Below are positions 1-10,346 of a DNA stretch of 64,000 nucleotides, in pieces. The stretch is from positions 1 to 64,000 of the forward strand of contig JAUCBJ010000069.1 in assembly GCA_032718475.1 (NCBI GenBank). Reading direction: 5' to 3'. Within the stretch, counting starts at the first letter, position 1; each line of letters opens with the position of its first letter. The position numbers and the translations under genes were made by a program. The notes under the pieces are model-generated. The model searched no databases. It saw only the letters and a list, made by a program, of their open reading frames with translations, and was not told where the DNA came from. The stretch comes from Nemertoderma westbladi. Lineage: Eukaryota; Animalia; Xenacoelomorpha.

Positions 1-2
1 TA

Positions 3-1643
3 TGTAGAGAACGGTTTAGCGATCCGTGTACTCGTAATAGCTGGACCGGGTATAGGAATTCTGGTCGTCGTCGACTCGCGTATAGTCGGAGTTCTCGCTT
101 CCTGTTCGGCCTTCTGCAGTGCGAACAGTTCTCGTAACTCTGTCCCTACACTCGCCCCACATTCTTCGATCATTCGCATCCCCTTCTCGGCGATTTCGTT
201 CGCCTTCCTAGTCCGTTCTTCGCTCTCTAAACTTAATCTCGCACTTTCCAACTGCGCCAGTTTACGTTCTTCTTCCTCCCTTGCTCGTCTCGCTGCGCCC
301 TCTTCTTCCACACGCGCCTTCTCTTCATACAACGCCCGTCGCTCCCTCTCGCGCTCAAGTTCGCGCTCCTTGCGCTCGCGTTCGAGCTGGAGTTCGCGTT
401 CCTTCTGTTCGCGTTCGAGCTGGAGTTCGCGTTCCTTCTGTTCGCGTTCGAGCTGGAGTTCGCGTTCCTTGCGTTCGCGTTCCGCTTGCTCGCGCTTACC
501 TTTCTCTTCCAACTCTCGCAACTTTGCGTCTAACTTACGTGTTCGCTCCCGTTCCCGCTCGGCTTCCTTCCGTGCTTCCGATGCACGCAAAACTTCCGCC
601 TGCTGTTCGTCCAGTCGGCGTCTTCTCTCCTCCGCCGAGTTGTGCGAAACAAGGGATCTAGCACATATTACCTTACCTCGCGCGTGACTAACCTGGGAAT
701 CGCCGCTGTCTCTAGATGCATCATCGGGTGGAGTCAACGTCCTCTGTTGGATGTTCTCCGTCGTCGGTAGCACCTGACCTGGTACCACCACTCCATTCTG
801 CATCAGCCAGCTAGTAACTTCCCTTTGATACCTGCGCTCCTCCTTGTCTTGGATCTCTTCTCGCTCCACTAACTCTCTCAGCTCTGCGTCACTCACTTGA
901 GTCGCCTGCGCTTGTGATGTCCATAGCAGCCAGTTCTCCGTCCTAACTCGTCGGAATCGCTCCGATAACTCGCGGTGCTCTAACAAGGCTGCTAAAACCC
1001 TGTCGTAAATCCTCGTTGCTACGTCGCTCGACTGAGACTCTACTGCCTTCTTCGCTAGGACTGCAAGCTCCTCCGTCTGCTTGAATAACGCTGAGTTATA
1101 TCCTCTTCTAACCTCTACTAACTCTACCCTCCCGATGTTCGCTGAGTCAGCTAACATCTTCCTTACCTTGTCCGCCGTCCGGGTTATATGTCCGGCGTGC
1201 GCGCGAAGTTTCTTCTTCATCGCAGTGTCGAACTCTCTATCACTTACCTGACTTACGCTCGGTGGACTTGAAGGATTATTTCGGGAACTACGGGTACTCC
1301 TTACAGCCGTCGGGACCACGGCACTTACCATACCCACAGGTCTGGAAACCGGGCTCCGGGCTCTCGCTTCTGCTACACTACCCTCCCTATCACTCACCTC
1401 TGTCCGGGCTGCCGTACAGTCCTTCCTTACAGTAGCGGTAGGGGATCCTAATACTATTACCTGAGGTTGTTGTTCTTCCTCACTAGTCACTGTCTCGTCC
1501 TCCTGTTCACTTACGTCAGCGTCGCTCGCTGCGTCGTCATAGTCGGCATTGTCGTCAACAGTAATATTGACGCTATCGTCAGTCGGCGGTCCAGCCGCCG
1601 TCTCGTAGCTGTCCTCTAGTGCCTCTTTGTCTGAGACACTCAT
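3..1643 (-). CDS. Gag N-terminal region of a BEL/Pao-like LTR retrotransposon (partial, runs off the left edge)
   Basis: Not in the ORF track because no stop lies in the window. ATG at 1643-1641 reads MSVSDKEALEDSYETAAGPP...; I found no stop in manual translation. Acidic N-terminus, then MKKKLRAHAGHITRTADKVRKML (resembles BEL/Pao Gag N-terminal helical motif), then E/R-rich coiled coil with a 33-bp repeat (ERELQLEREQK). No enzymatic domain is inside the window, so the clade call rests on this motif and on architecture shared with the element at 15388-31440. Confidence 0.7.
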   Translation of the reverse strand, partial: MSVSDKEALEDSYETAAGPPTDDSVNITVDDNADYDDAASDADVSEQEDETVTSEEEQQPQVIVLGSPTATVRKDCTAARTEVSDREGSVAEARARSPVSRPVGMVSAVVPTAVRSTRSSRNNPSSPPSVSQVSDREFDTAMKKKLRAHAGHITRTADKVRKMLADSANIGRVELVEVRRGYNSALFKQTEELAVLAKKAVESQSSDVATRIYDRVLAALLEHRELSERFRRVRTENWLLWTSQAQATQVSDAELRELVEREEIQDKEERRYQREVTSWLMQNGVVVPGQVLPTTENIQQRTLTPPDDASRDSGDSQVSHARGKVICARSLVSHNSAEERRRRLDEQQAEVLRASEARKEAERERERTRKLDAKLRELEEKGKREQAERERKERELQLEREQKERELQLEREQKERELQLERERKERELERERERRALYEEKARVEEEGAARRAREEEERKLAQLESARLSLESEERTRKANEIAEKGMRMIEECGASVGTELRELFALQKAEQEARTPTIRESTTTRIPIPGPAITSTRIAKPFST

Positions 1644-3832
1644 AGTCTAATAATGTTTTGCCTTCCGGCAAAAATATCTCGCAAAAGTTCGAGATATAAT
1701 TATAATTTAACCGAAATACGGTCAAATTATTTGTCAAATAATCAGTTGGTCCAAAATGTCAAAATAAATTCGCAATGCAATATTGTGAATTTAATGGGGT
1801 ATATAGTTATAGCAAATACTAGCACAATATTTAAACAAAAATATTATTATATAGCTATTATATAGCATTAAATACCGGTATAGCACAAAATAACTTTGAA
1901 TCTAATACAAAATATTCAAAATATTTGCCGCCCGAATATTTCTAATTTTATATATATATAGCTCTAATCAACGTAATTTTAATTTCAAATATTATTATGT
2001 ATCCACTAGCGCGTGGCTACATCTTCGGGTTGCGACTCTCTCTAACTCTCTCTCTAACTTGAGCGATTCAAAACCATGGCCGGCTAAACCTAAATATCCT
2101 AACTAATAAATTGAGTTCAGCTTCGCAGTTAAACAACCGATAATTTTTTACTGCTTCCACAAACACACTGGTGCCAACAGAACAACTAACCTTGTTTGCT
2201 GTGAGATTCCACGTCCGCGTCCAAAGATTCAGTCCCTTCGCTGATTGCAAACCGAACCCGCAGACCCACACGAACCCCAAACTCAGAAGTTCCGTCTTGC
2301 CATGTATCTCCAGATGGTATAAAATAACTAAGCGGTTACCTAACATACCGGTACAAAACTCTAGAATTTTACAAAATAATTTTGACCGAAAACTGAATTC
2401 TCGCAAACCTAGCTAATAATTTCAAAAAACTTACTAATTACTGTTTGCCCTAAGGCCTAAGGAACTGCTGTATTCGCAATTAGTAAAAACGCACTACCGT
2501 ACATCCACTGTATGCAGTACAGTAAGTAAAACAGTACACCAACCTAACAGCCTAATGATACTGTGTATGGTACGGCAAAACAAATGTCCCTTCTACCGTA
2601 CGCAGTAACAGCAATCAGCCTAATGTACTACTGTACTATCGTACGCAACCAGTGAATACAGTAATCTAAACTAACAACCTAATAGAATAAACTCAATGTC
2701 TTACTGTACGCTAGCCTATAGCCTACAGCAGACGATCACGTGCTCCAACTTATTACTTAATACTGTGATACTACTATCAGCCTAAGAATACACTATTGAC
2801 TGCCGCAAGCAACAGCCAATAACACGCGTATTACTGATACGAAGTATCAGTAATCTAAACCAACAGTAGTCTAAACTAACAGCCTAAGAATACTCTATCT
2901 GCCTTACTGTACGCAGTACAGCAAAGCAATAGCCGCGTATTACTGATAAACAACCGCGACCTCTATACTAACAGCAGAACTGTTGAACAGACAAATACTG
3001 GTATACTTCTCTGCCAACCTAATAAGTTCCCGCCTAACCAATAAGACACGAAGACTGCTCTACTGTTAAGTAAAGGGGATCAGGAGCGTGCTATTACTAA
3101 ATTGTAAGGGTTGCTAAATACAAAACCGCTACTTACCGTTAGATGGCGCTAATCTGCCGTCCACTAATATATTTTACTAATTTTACACAACTCCTGCAAA
3201 ATCGCTTGTTCCTTTCTCTACCGATCGCTCGATAGAGAGCTAACTGTTCGAATCTATGAGCCACGCGGGAATAACCAAAACAATAAACCCGAGTCGGCTC
3301 CCTAAGCTTACTTAAGACGAGTGCGAGAGGCCTTGCACTCAGAGTATTCTTACGCCTAATTCTATCACTTATTAAAGCACGCTATTACCTACGTCTTTCT
3401 AATCGCGAATACTGGAGGTTCCCTAACGTAATGTGTGAATGCGAGAATATTTAAAATATCAAAACGGTACAGTATCTGTTTCTACGTGGATAATACCACC
3501 CCGGGTCTAAAACTGCCCGCGACTGGCTTTAGGCCAGCAAAATTACTAGCGTATCGTGCGTACCGAATAGTGCGTTCTAGCTGATTGCCCGCTAATGCAA
3601 ATAACCGCTCAGCGTGAATAGTTTACAGTATACTAATTATTACCTTAGCTACTCTCCGCTATGCTGCGTACTAATTCTTAATTTTTTACTAATTAATTAC
3701 AGTCACGAATATTTAACAGCGTACTAATTACTAAGAGTTCCAGAATACGTAATTCTAATTTATCACGCAACAGGTTTCGATAGTAATAGCCTAATTTGCC
3801 GTATTACTTTGACCTAATCAATAACTAATTAT
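1644..3832 (-). other. Long (about 2.2 kb) 5' leader of the minus-strand LTR element, with degenerate internal repeats
   Basis: No long ORF. Recurrent ACAGCCTAA and TACTG motifs at about 2440-3060. Length nearly equals the leader of the plus-strand element (16646-18877). Confidence 0.5.
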
Positions 3833-4845
3833 TGTAACTAAGAAATAGAAATCAATCAAAGGAAAAGAGCGCCTATCTAAGCATTCGTAATCTTAGGCAC
3901 ACTTCAATAACACACCAATCAGCGTTAGAAATCACAGTTTACAATTGTGCAATTCACTACTCGTACTCCACACTCAACGTTGTAATACGCGCAGGCCTCT
4001 CCCAGGTACATCTAGGACTCCTAACTAACCCAATTCCTGCCCCCCTAATACTAAATAGAGACAAAATCTGGATCATCAGCCCCCTAATTTGCTGTACCGG
4101 CGATCGGTCTGCGTGCCGCAGTGCAAGTTACCCGCCCGCAACGGTGACCCTGGCCAGCGTTGCTCGCTTTGAATCCTCCGCTCTCTCCTAGTCGCTCAAC
4201 CCCCCGATGCGCCCACCGCCCACTGGCACCTTAGCTCTCCATGATGCTAATAGCTACCGTAGCGGCGCATGCAAATCACAAAGTCTGACAGTCTCAGAAT
4301 CCCTTAGGATTATTGCGCAGAAAGAATCACATAGAACCATTAATCAAAGGTAGAAATCATAGTTCAATTGTAATTAGCAGCAATCAAAGGAATTATTGAG
4401 AAACACAAGCAAGTAATCGCACTAGCAAATCATTTCACGAAAATTAATCAAATTAGCAAATTGCAGAAAATATCAAGAAAAAACAGCAAGACAGGTGCTA
4501 GGGCTAGGTGTCATGTGATGAGTAGAAGATGAGGCTTTACCGGCACACCGCCAATTTATAGGTGATCCGGATGGGATGATGCAATAGGGTGACTCAATCG
4601 CTCTCCTATTGGCTCTCCAGTCCGTGCTAGCACTAGACCAACCTGGAAGCAGCTAGTCCAATAAGGAGGCCGGATTGTAGCCCTATTTGCTTCCCTTCCT
4701 CGAATTATTACCATATATGGTAATGGTTCACGTCTCTGGCTGCTGAATGGCCAGGACAGCGTCCCTATATGCTAGCCCTACTAAAGCTAATATCAGCAAG
4801 CACTGAATCCAGGGTCCGAATAAACTTACCCTGGAACTATCTACA
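3833..4845 (-). mobile_element. Putative 5' LTR of the minus-strand element (TGTAG...TTACA, about 1.0 kb)
   Basis: Minus strand starts TGTAGATAG at 4845 and ends TAGTTACA at 3833, followed by ATAATTAGTTATTGA, which matches the post-LTR sequence of the other element. Contains a promoter cluster. The partner LTR is outside the window, so both boundaries are inferred. Confidence 0.5.
4525..4775 (-). promoter_or_regulatory. LTR U3 promoter cluster: CArG box, CCAAT boxes, AP-1-like site, TATA box
   Basis: CCATATATGG (CArG consensus) at 4711-4720; CCAAT/ATTGG near 4659 and 4608; TGACTCA near 4590; TATAAA on the minus strand at 4560-4555, oriented towards gag. Confidence 0.5.
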
Positions 4846-4981
4846 TATAACCTAATACAAAATTACGTAGGTAGGGCTACATACTATACAAAATGGATGG
4901 TTTCAAATATATGGGCGTTTTGATTTCCCTACCTAAATACCACTGCGTTATTATGCCTTATCTAAAATATCATGCTGCACA

Positions 4982-5070
4982 ACGGACTAATATTACGTAC
5001 AGTATAACGGACTAATATTGCATACTGCATGACGGACTAATATTGCATACTGCATGATGACTAATATTAT
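4982..5070. repeat. Short degenerate tandem repeat (about 25 bp, 3-4 copies)
   Basis: ACGGACTAATATTGCATACTGCAT-like units repeated head to tail. Confidence 0.6.
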
Positions 5071-5180
5071 GGATACAGCGCCATATACCGTAACAAGATG
5101 CTTAATAAATGGCGTTTTAAAAATAGAAGCATTGCGTTTTCTCGTACAATACACTGATACAAGATTGGCATATTTTGCTA

Positions 5181-6160
5181 CTTCTTGGGCGGGTTATATA
5201 TACCCAGTATACAATTAAGTTAACCCGCGGAGGACTCTTCTTGGGCGGGTTATATACCCAGTATATAATTGAGTTAACCCGCGGAGAACTCTTCTTGGGC
5301 GGGTTATATACCCAGTATACAAATGAGTTAACCCGCGGAGGACTCTTCTTGGGCGGGTTATATACCCAGTATACAATTGAGTTAACCCGCGGAGGACTCT
5401 TCTTGGGCGGGTTATATACCCAGTATATAATTGAGTTAACCCGCGGAGAACTCTTCTTGGGCGGGTTATATACCCAGTATACAATTGAGTTAACCCGCGG
5501 AGGACTCTTCTTGGGCGGGTTATATACCCAGTATACAATTGAGTTAACCCGCGGAGGACTCTTCTTGGGCGGGTTATATACCCAGTATACAATTGAGTTA
5601 ACCCGCGGAGGACTCTTCTTGGGCGGGTTATATACCCAGTATATAATTGAGTTAACCCGCGGAGAACTCTTCTTGGGCGGGTTCTATACCCAGTATATAA
5701 TTGAGTTAACCCGCGGAGGACTCTTCTTGGGCGGGTTATATACCCAGTATACAATTGAGTTAACCCGCGGAGGACTCTTCTTGGGCGGGTTATATACCCA
5801 GTATACAATTGAGTTAACCCGCGGAGGACTCTTCTTGGGCGGGTTATATACCCAGTATACAATTGAGTTAACCCGCGGAGGACTCTTCTTGGGCGGGTTA
5901 TATACCCAGTATATAATTGAGTTAACCCGCGGAGGACTCTTCTTGGGCGGGTTATATACCCAGTATACAATTGAGTTAACCCGCGGAGGACTCTTCTTGG
6001 GCGGGTTATATACCCAGTATACAATTGAGTTAACCCGCGGAGGACTCTTCTTGGGCGGGTTATATACCCAGTATATAATTGAGTTAACCCGCGGAGGACT
6101 CTTCTTGGGCGGGTTCTATGTACCCAGTATACAATTAAGTTAACTCGCGGAGGACTCTTC
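5181..6160. repeat. 54-bp minisatellite, about 18 copies
   Basis: Unit CTTCTTGGGCGGGTTATATACCCAGTATACAATTGAGTTAACCCGCGGAGGACT, near-identical copies. Explains the 18-aa periodic ORFs on both strands. Confidence 0.97.
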
Positions 6161-6273
6161 CCGCCATTTCACTTAACAAATTTTCGACTGCCGTAAACGC
6201 TTGATTAACTAAATAGGTAATCATCACCAGAGTCTCACTCACTAACACCCCATAAACTATAAAAAACATAGAA

Positions 6274-7554
6274 TCCGTAAGCACCCTTAGTCAGTACTGT
6301 ATGTCCGTAAGCACCCTTAGTCAGTATGTCCGTAAGCACCCTTAGTCAGTATGTCCGTAAGCACCCTTAGTCAGTATGTCCGTAAGCACCCTTAGTCAGT
6401 ATGTCCGTAAGCACCCTTAGTCAGTATGTCCGTAAGCACCCTTAGTCAGTATGTCCGTAAGCACCCTTAGTCAGTATGTCCGTAAGCACCCTTAGTCAGT
6501 ATGTCCGTAAGCACCCTTAGTCAGTATGTCCGTAAGCACCCTTAGTCAGTATGTCCATAAGCACCCTTAGTCAGTTTGTCCGTAAGCACCCTTAGTCAGT
6601 ATGTCCGTAAGCACCCTTAGTCAGTATGTCCGTAAGCACCCTTAGTCAGTATGTCCGTAAGCACCCTTAGTCAGTATGTCCATAAGCACCCTTAGTCAGT
6701 ATGTCCGTAAGCACCCTTAGTCAGTATGTCCGTAAGCACCCTTAGTCAGTATGTCCGTAAGCACCCTTAGTCAGTATGTCCGTAAGCACCCTTAGTCAGT
6801 ATGTCCGTAAGCACCCTTAGTCAGTATGTCCGTAAGCACCCTTAGTCAGTATGTCCGTAAGCACCCTTAGTCAGTATGTCCGTAAGCACCCTTAGTCAGT
6901 ATGTCCGTAATCACCATTAGTCAGTATGTCCGTAAGCACCCTTAGTCAGTATGTCCGTAAGCACCCTTAGTCAGTATGTCCGTAATCACCATTAGTCAGT
7001 ATGTCCGTAAGCACCCTTAGTCAGTATGTCCGTAAGCACCATTAGTCAGTATGTCCGTAAGCACCCTTAGTCAGTATGTCCGTACCGTAAGCACCCTTAG
7101 TCAGTATGTCCGTAAGCACGCTTAGTCAGTCTGTCCGTAAGCACCATTAGTCAGTATGTCCGTAAGCACCCTTAGTCAGTATGTCCGTAAGCACCCTTAG
7201 TCAGTATGTCCGTAATCACCATTAGTCAGTATGTCCGTAAGCACCATTAGTCAGTATGTCCGTAAGCACCCTTAGTCAGTATGTCCGTAAGCACCCTTAG
7301 GCAGTATGTCCGTAAGCACCCTTAGTCAGTATTTCCGTAAGCACCCTTAGTCAGTATGTCCGTACCGTAAGCACCCTTAGTCAGTATGTCCGTAAGCACC
7401 CTTAGTCAGTATGTCCGTAAGCACCCTTAGTCAGTATGTCCGTAAGCACACTTAGTCAGTATGTCCGTAAGCACCCTTAGTCTGTATGTCCGTAAGCACC
7501 CTTAGTCAGTATGTCCGTAAGCACCCTTAGTCAGTATGTCCGTAAGCACCCTTA
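6274..7554. repeat. 25-bp minisatellite, about 51 copies
   Basis: Unit GTCCGTAAGCACCCTTAGTCAGTAT with scattered variants (CACCATTAG, CCATAAG, CCGTACCGTA). Confidence 0.97.
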
Positions 7555-8155
7555 ACGCTTGATGACAGTATTACTGCATTATTCACGATTGTTAGACTCT
7601 TATGGATTTGCAAAAGTATTTAATATTCGTTTAAATATTTACTTTTAAATAATTTAGACGATAAATATGAAATTACAGTATATAGCATAATGAAAAAATG
7701 TGATGACATGACAAATAATAACCTCTTCTAGTAGAATTGCTCCAAACGGCATACGAACTTCTAAATTAATACATACACATAAATACCGTACATAAATACG
7801 CAATAAATACCAATTTCTAAATTAAAAGCATTTCGATCTCCCTGTAACCCAAATTCGTAATCAAACTACTCGTAACGAGTGCGGCCCAACTTCCTTCTCA
7901 TGTCACTTATTTTATTTTATTATTCAATTTGCTTTGCATTACGGTAGGTAATTCTGTTTAGATCTGGTTCTCGTTGTTTTGTGTAGGCCCCCTCCCTATC
8001 TGTATTTAGTACGTATGCTTTATTGGTTGACCGTAAACTCTTAAACTCTTAAACATTTACTGTATACTGTAGGTATAATTACTGTTCATTACGTACGTAT
8101 GTATTGCCATGACCCTTATTGGGATAAAGGCTAATCTGAATAAAAATTAATATTA

Positions 8156-8668
8156 TGCCCCCCTCACACGGAGCAACTTGTTTCTGCAACTTGTTTCTGA
8201 AACTTGTTGCTGGACCACCTCACACAGAGAAACTTGTTGCTGCAACTTGTTTCCGAAACTTGTTTCTGTGTGTGAGGACTCCAGCAACAAGTTTCTGCAA
8301 CTTGTTTCCGCAACTTGTTTCTGTGTGTGAGGGAGTCCAGCAACAAGTTGCTGGAAGTTATATTCCCAGCAACTTTTTGAAAAACTTTTATTACATTCCA
8401 TTTTGATACTAGCTAATATTAGATAATTTGAGTGATGTGATATTATATATAAATGACTGGACATGTTAGCTATTTATTTGCAAATAATTGTTATTTTCTT
8501 CAGCAACAAGTTTCTGTGTGTGAGGGGTCCAGCAACAAGTTGCAGAAACAAGTTTCGGAAACAAGTTGCTGAAACAAGTTGCAGCAACAAGTTTCTGTGT
8601 GTGAGGGGGTCCAGCAACAAGTTTCAGAAACAAGTTGCAGAAACAAGTTGCTCCGTGTGAGGGGGGCC
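8156..8668. mobile_element. MITE, PIF/Harbinger (Tourist-like), 513 bp with long terminal inverted repeats and TTA TSD
   Basis: Left end (T)GCCCCCCTCACACGGAGCAACTTGTTTCTGCAAC is the reverse complement of the right end GTTGCAGAAACAAGTTGCTCCGTGTGAGGGGGGCC. Inverted arms exceed 100 bp and are built of AACTTGTT subrepeats around an AT-rich centre. TTA flanks at 8153-8155 and 8669-8671. Confidence 0.88.
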
Positions 8669-8934
8669 TTAAGCAAATACGCGCAATATTTAGTAATGTG
8701 TTAGCTAGTGTTTTTAAAATAATTTTTTTAAACATAATTTGGGTGAGTTTTGTTATTTGATAATGTTAAGCAAATTTAAAAATACAGTATATACAGTGTT
8801 CTAGAACATTAGCTATTATCATCTTCTAGTTATTATTAAAAAATATCAATTAATTTATTTTTGTTCCGCACTCCTCCCAAATAGTTCAGAATTTTGTTAA
8901 TACTCATATAGTCCAAAAAATCTAGCTACCATAA

Positions 8935-9510
8935 GACGACTTCCAATTACCTTGGATCATGGATAGAGGAGTAGCAAAAAAAGGCATAGAAGTTAGGAAA
9001 GCAAAGGCTTGGGTAGCTCTATCAACAATGGATACCATCTGGAAATCAGATCTCTCCAGACACCTGAAGACTAAGTTCTTTCGAGCCACAGTGGAAAGTG
9101 TATTTTTATACGGGGGTGAGACCTGGACACTGACTAAATCACTTGAACAACGAATTGATGGTTGCTACACAAGACTACTAAGGAAGGCCCTAAACATCAG
9201 CTGGAGACAACACATGACAAACGCCGAGCTCTCTGGTAAAATACCACCTGTATCAACCACCCTCCGTGAACGCAGATTAAGATTCAGTGGGCACTGCTGG
9301 CGAAGTAAAGACGAGGTCATACCAGATCTACTTTTCTGGCAACCAACTCATGGAAAGCGTAGTCGTGGACGACCGGCCATAACATAGATCAACTTGAAAG
9401 GGATACTGAACTTGAGAGAAACGAAATCGCGACAACCACAGTACGGAGAATCGGGAAGCCTGGAAGGATCTCATTTCCACTGTCCGAGTTCGCTCGACCT
9501 AGTAGTAGTT
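8935..9510 (+). mobile_element. RTE-clade non-LTR retrotransposon, 3' fragment
   Basis: ORF 8959-9387 has post-RT motifs typical of RTE (KAWVAL...IWKS, FFRATVESVFLYGGETWTLT, RLRFSGHCWR, GKRSRGRP). Ends in a short (TAG)n tail near 9500. About 47 bp of the 3' end is duplicated (9444-9490 vs 9511-9557). Confidence 0.85.
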
Positions 9511-10346
9511 GGAGAATCGGGAAGCCTGGAAGGATCTCATTTCCACTGTCCGAGTTCCGAGTTCGCTCGTGTGATACAGTGTTGGCATTCCCTGTGTATT
9601 ATGTGTGGGCGTTGTGGCCACATGGATACATTAAACTGTATAGCTACAGACTAGGTTGTAATAATTAACTCATTGAAGTAAAGTGCTTTCTGCTCTATGA
9701 TGTGATGTCATTACATACATACAGTTGTTGTTTAGGTTGTTATAAATAAAACCGTGTTATTGTCTAAATACTGTACCTTTAAATTATAACTGGTTTGAAT
9801 AATTTAGTTTATAATTTATATTTTACATTCATTATTACTCTACTGTATACAGTATACATATACAATGGTGATTATTAGTTTTGTATAACTATTTACATAA
9901 TTGTGTAAAAAATAGAATTTTTCAGCGTTATCACCCGCGTGTATTTATGTACCGAGTGAATGCTGAGAGGAAGGTTTACATAAATAAAAAGGATATCACA
10001 AAAACTCTAATAAAGTTGACATAATGTAACAGAAGTAATAAATCTTAAGAAATTGTTAGTAAATTATTTTGGAACTGAGAAAGAACCTCTCCCGGCTGTG
10101 TCAGCCTGGTGCTTCCCACTGGTAATTACAGTAACATATTTTTATTAATAATAGATTCTGGAACATCAATATTGTAACGAAATTATTAAAGTTGGTACAG
10201 TAGTAAATCCTTCCTGTCTGATGGTTGGTATATTATTGTTATACATTACAGTATTATTAGGCCTAGCGGACCGGTGCAGTGTGGTACCGGTAACTGCTGA
10301 ACTGGGTAAGTAAAACTGTCAGATTGAGTTGCAACAAAAAGACACA

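Noticed and set aside
281-687. Plus-strand Ser/Arg- and Val/Arg-rich ORFs
   Set aside because: Antisense shadows of the minus-strand gag coiled-coil repeat.
5175-7554. CRISPR array or repeat-protein genes in the minisatellites
   Set aside because: Units are contiguous with no unique spacers, there are no cas genes, the context is eukaryotic, and the ORFs reflect a unit length divisible by three.
8153-8735. Mirror-image small ORFs
   Set aside because: Products of the MITE inverted arms.
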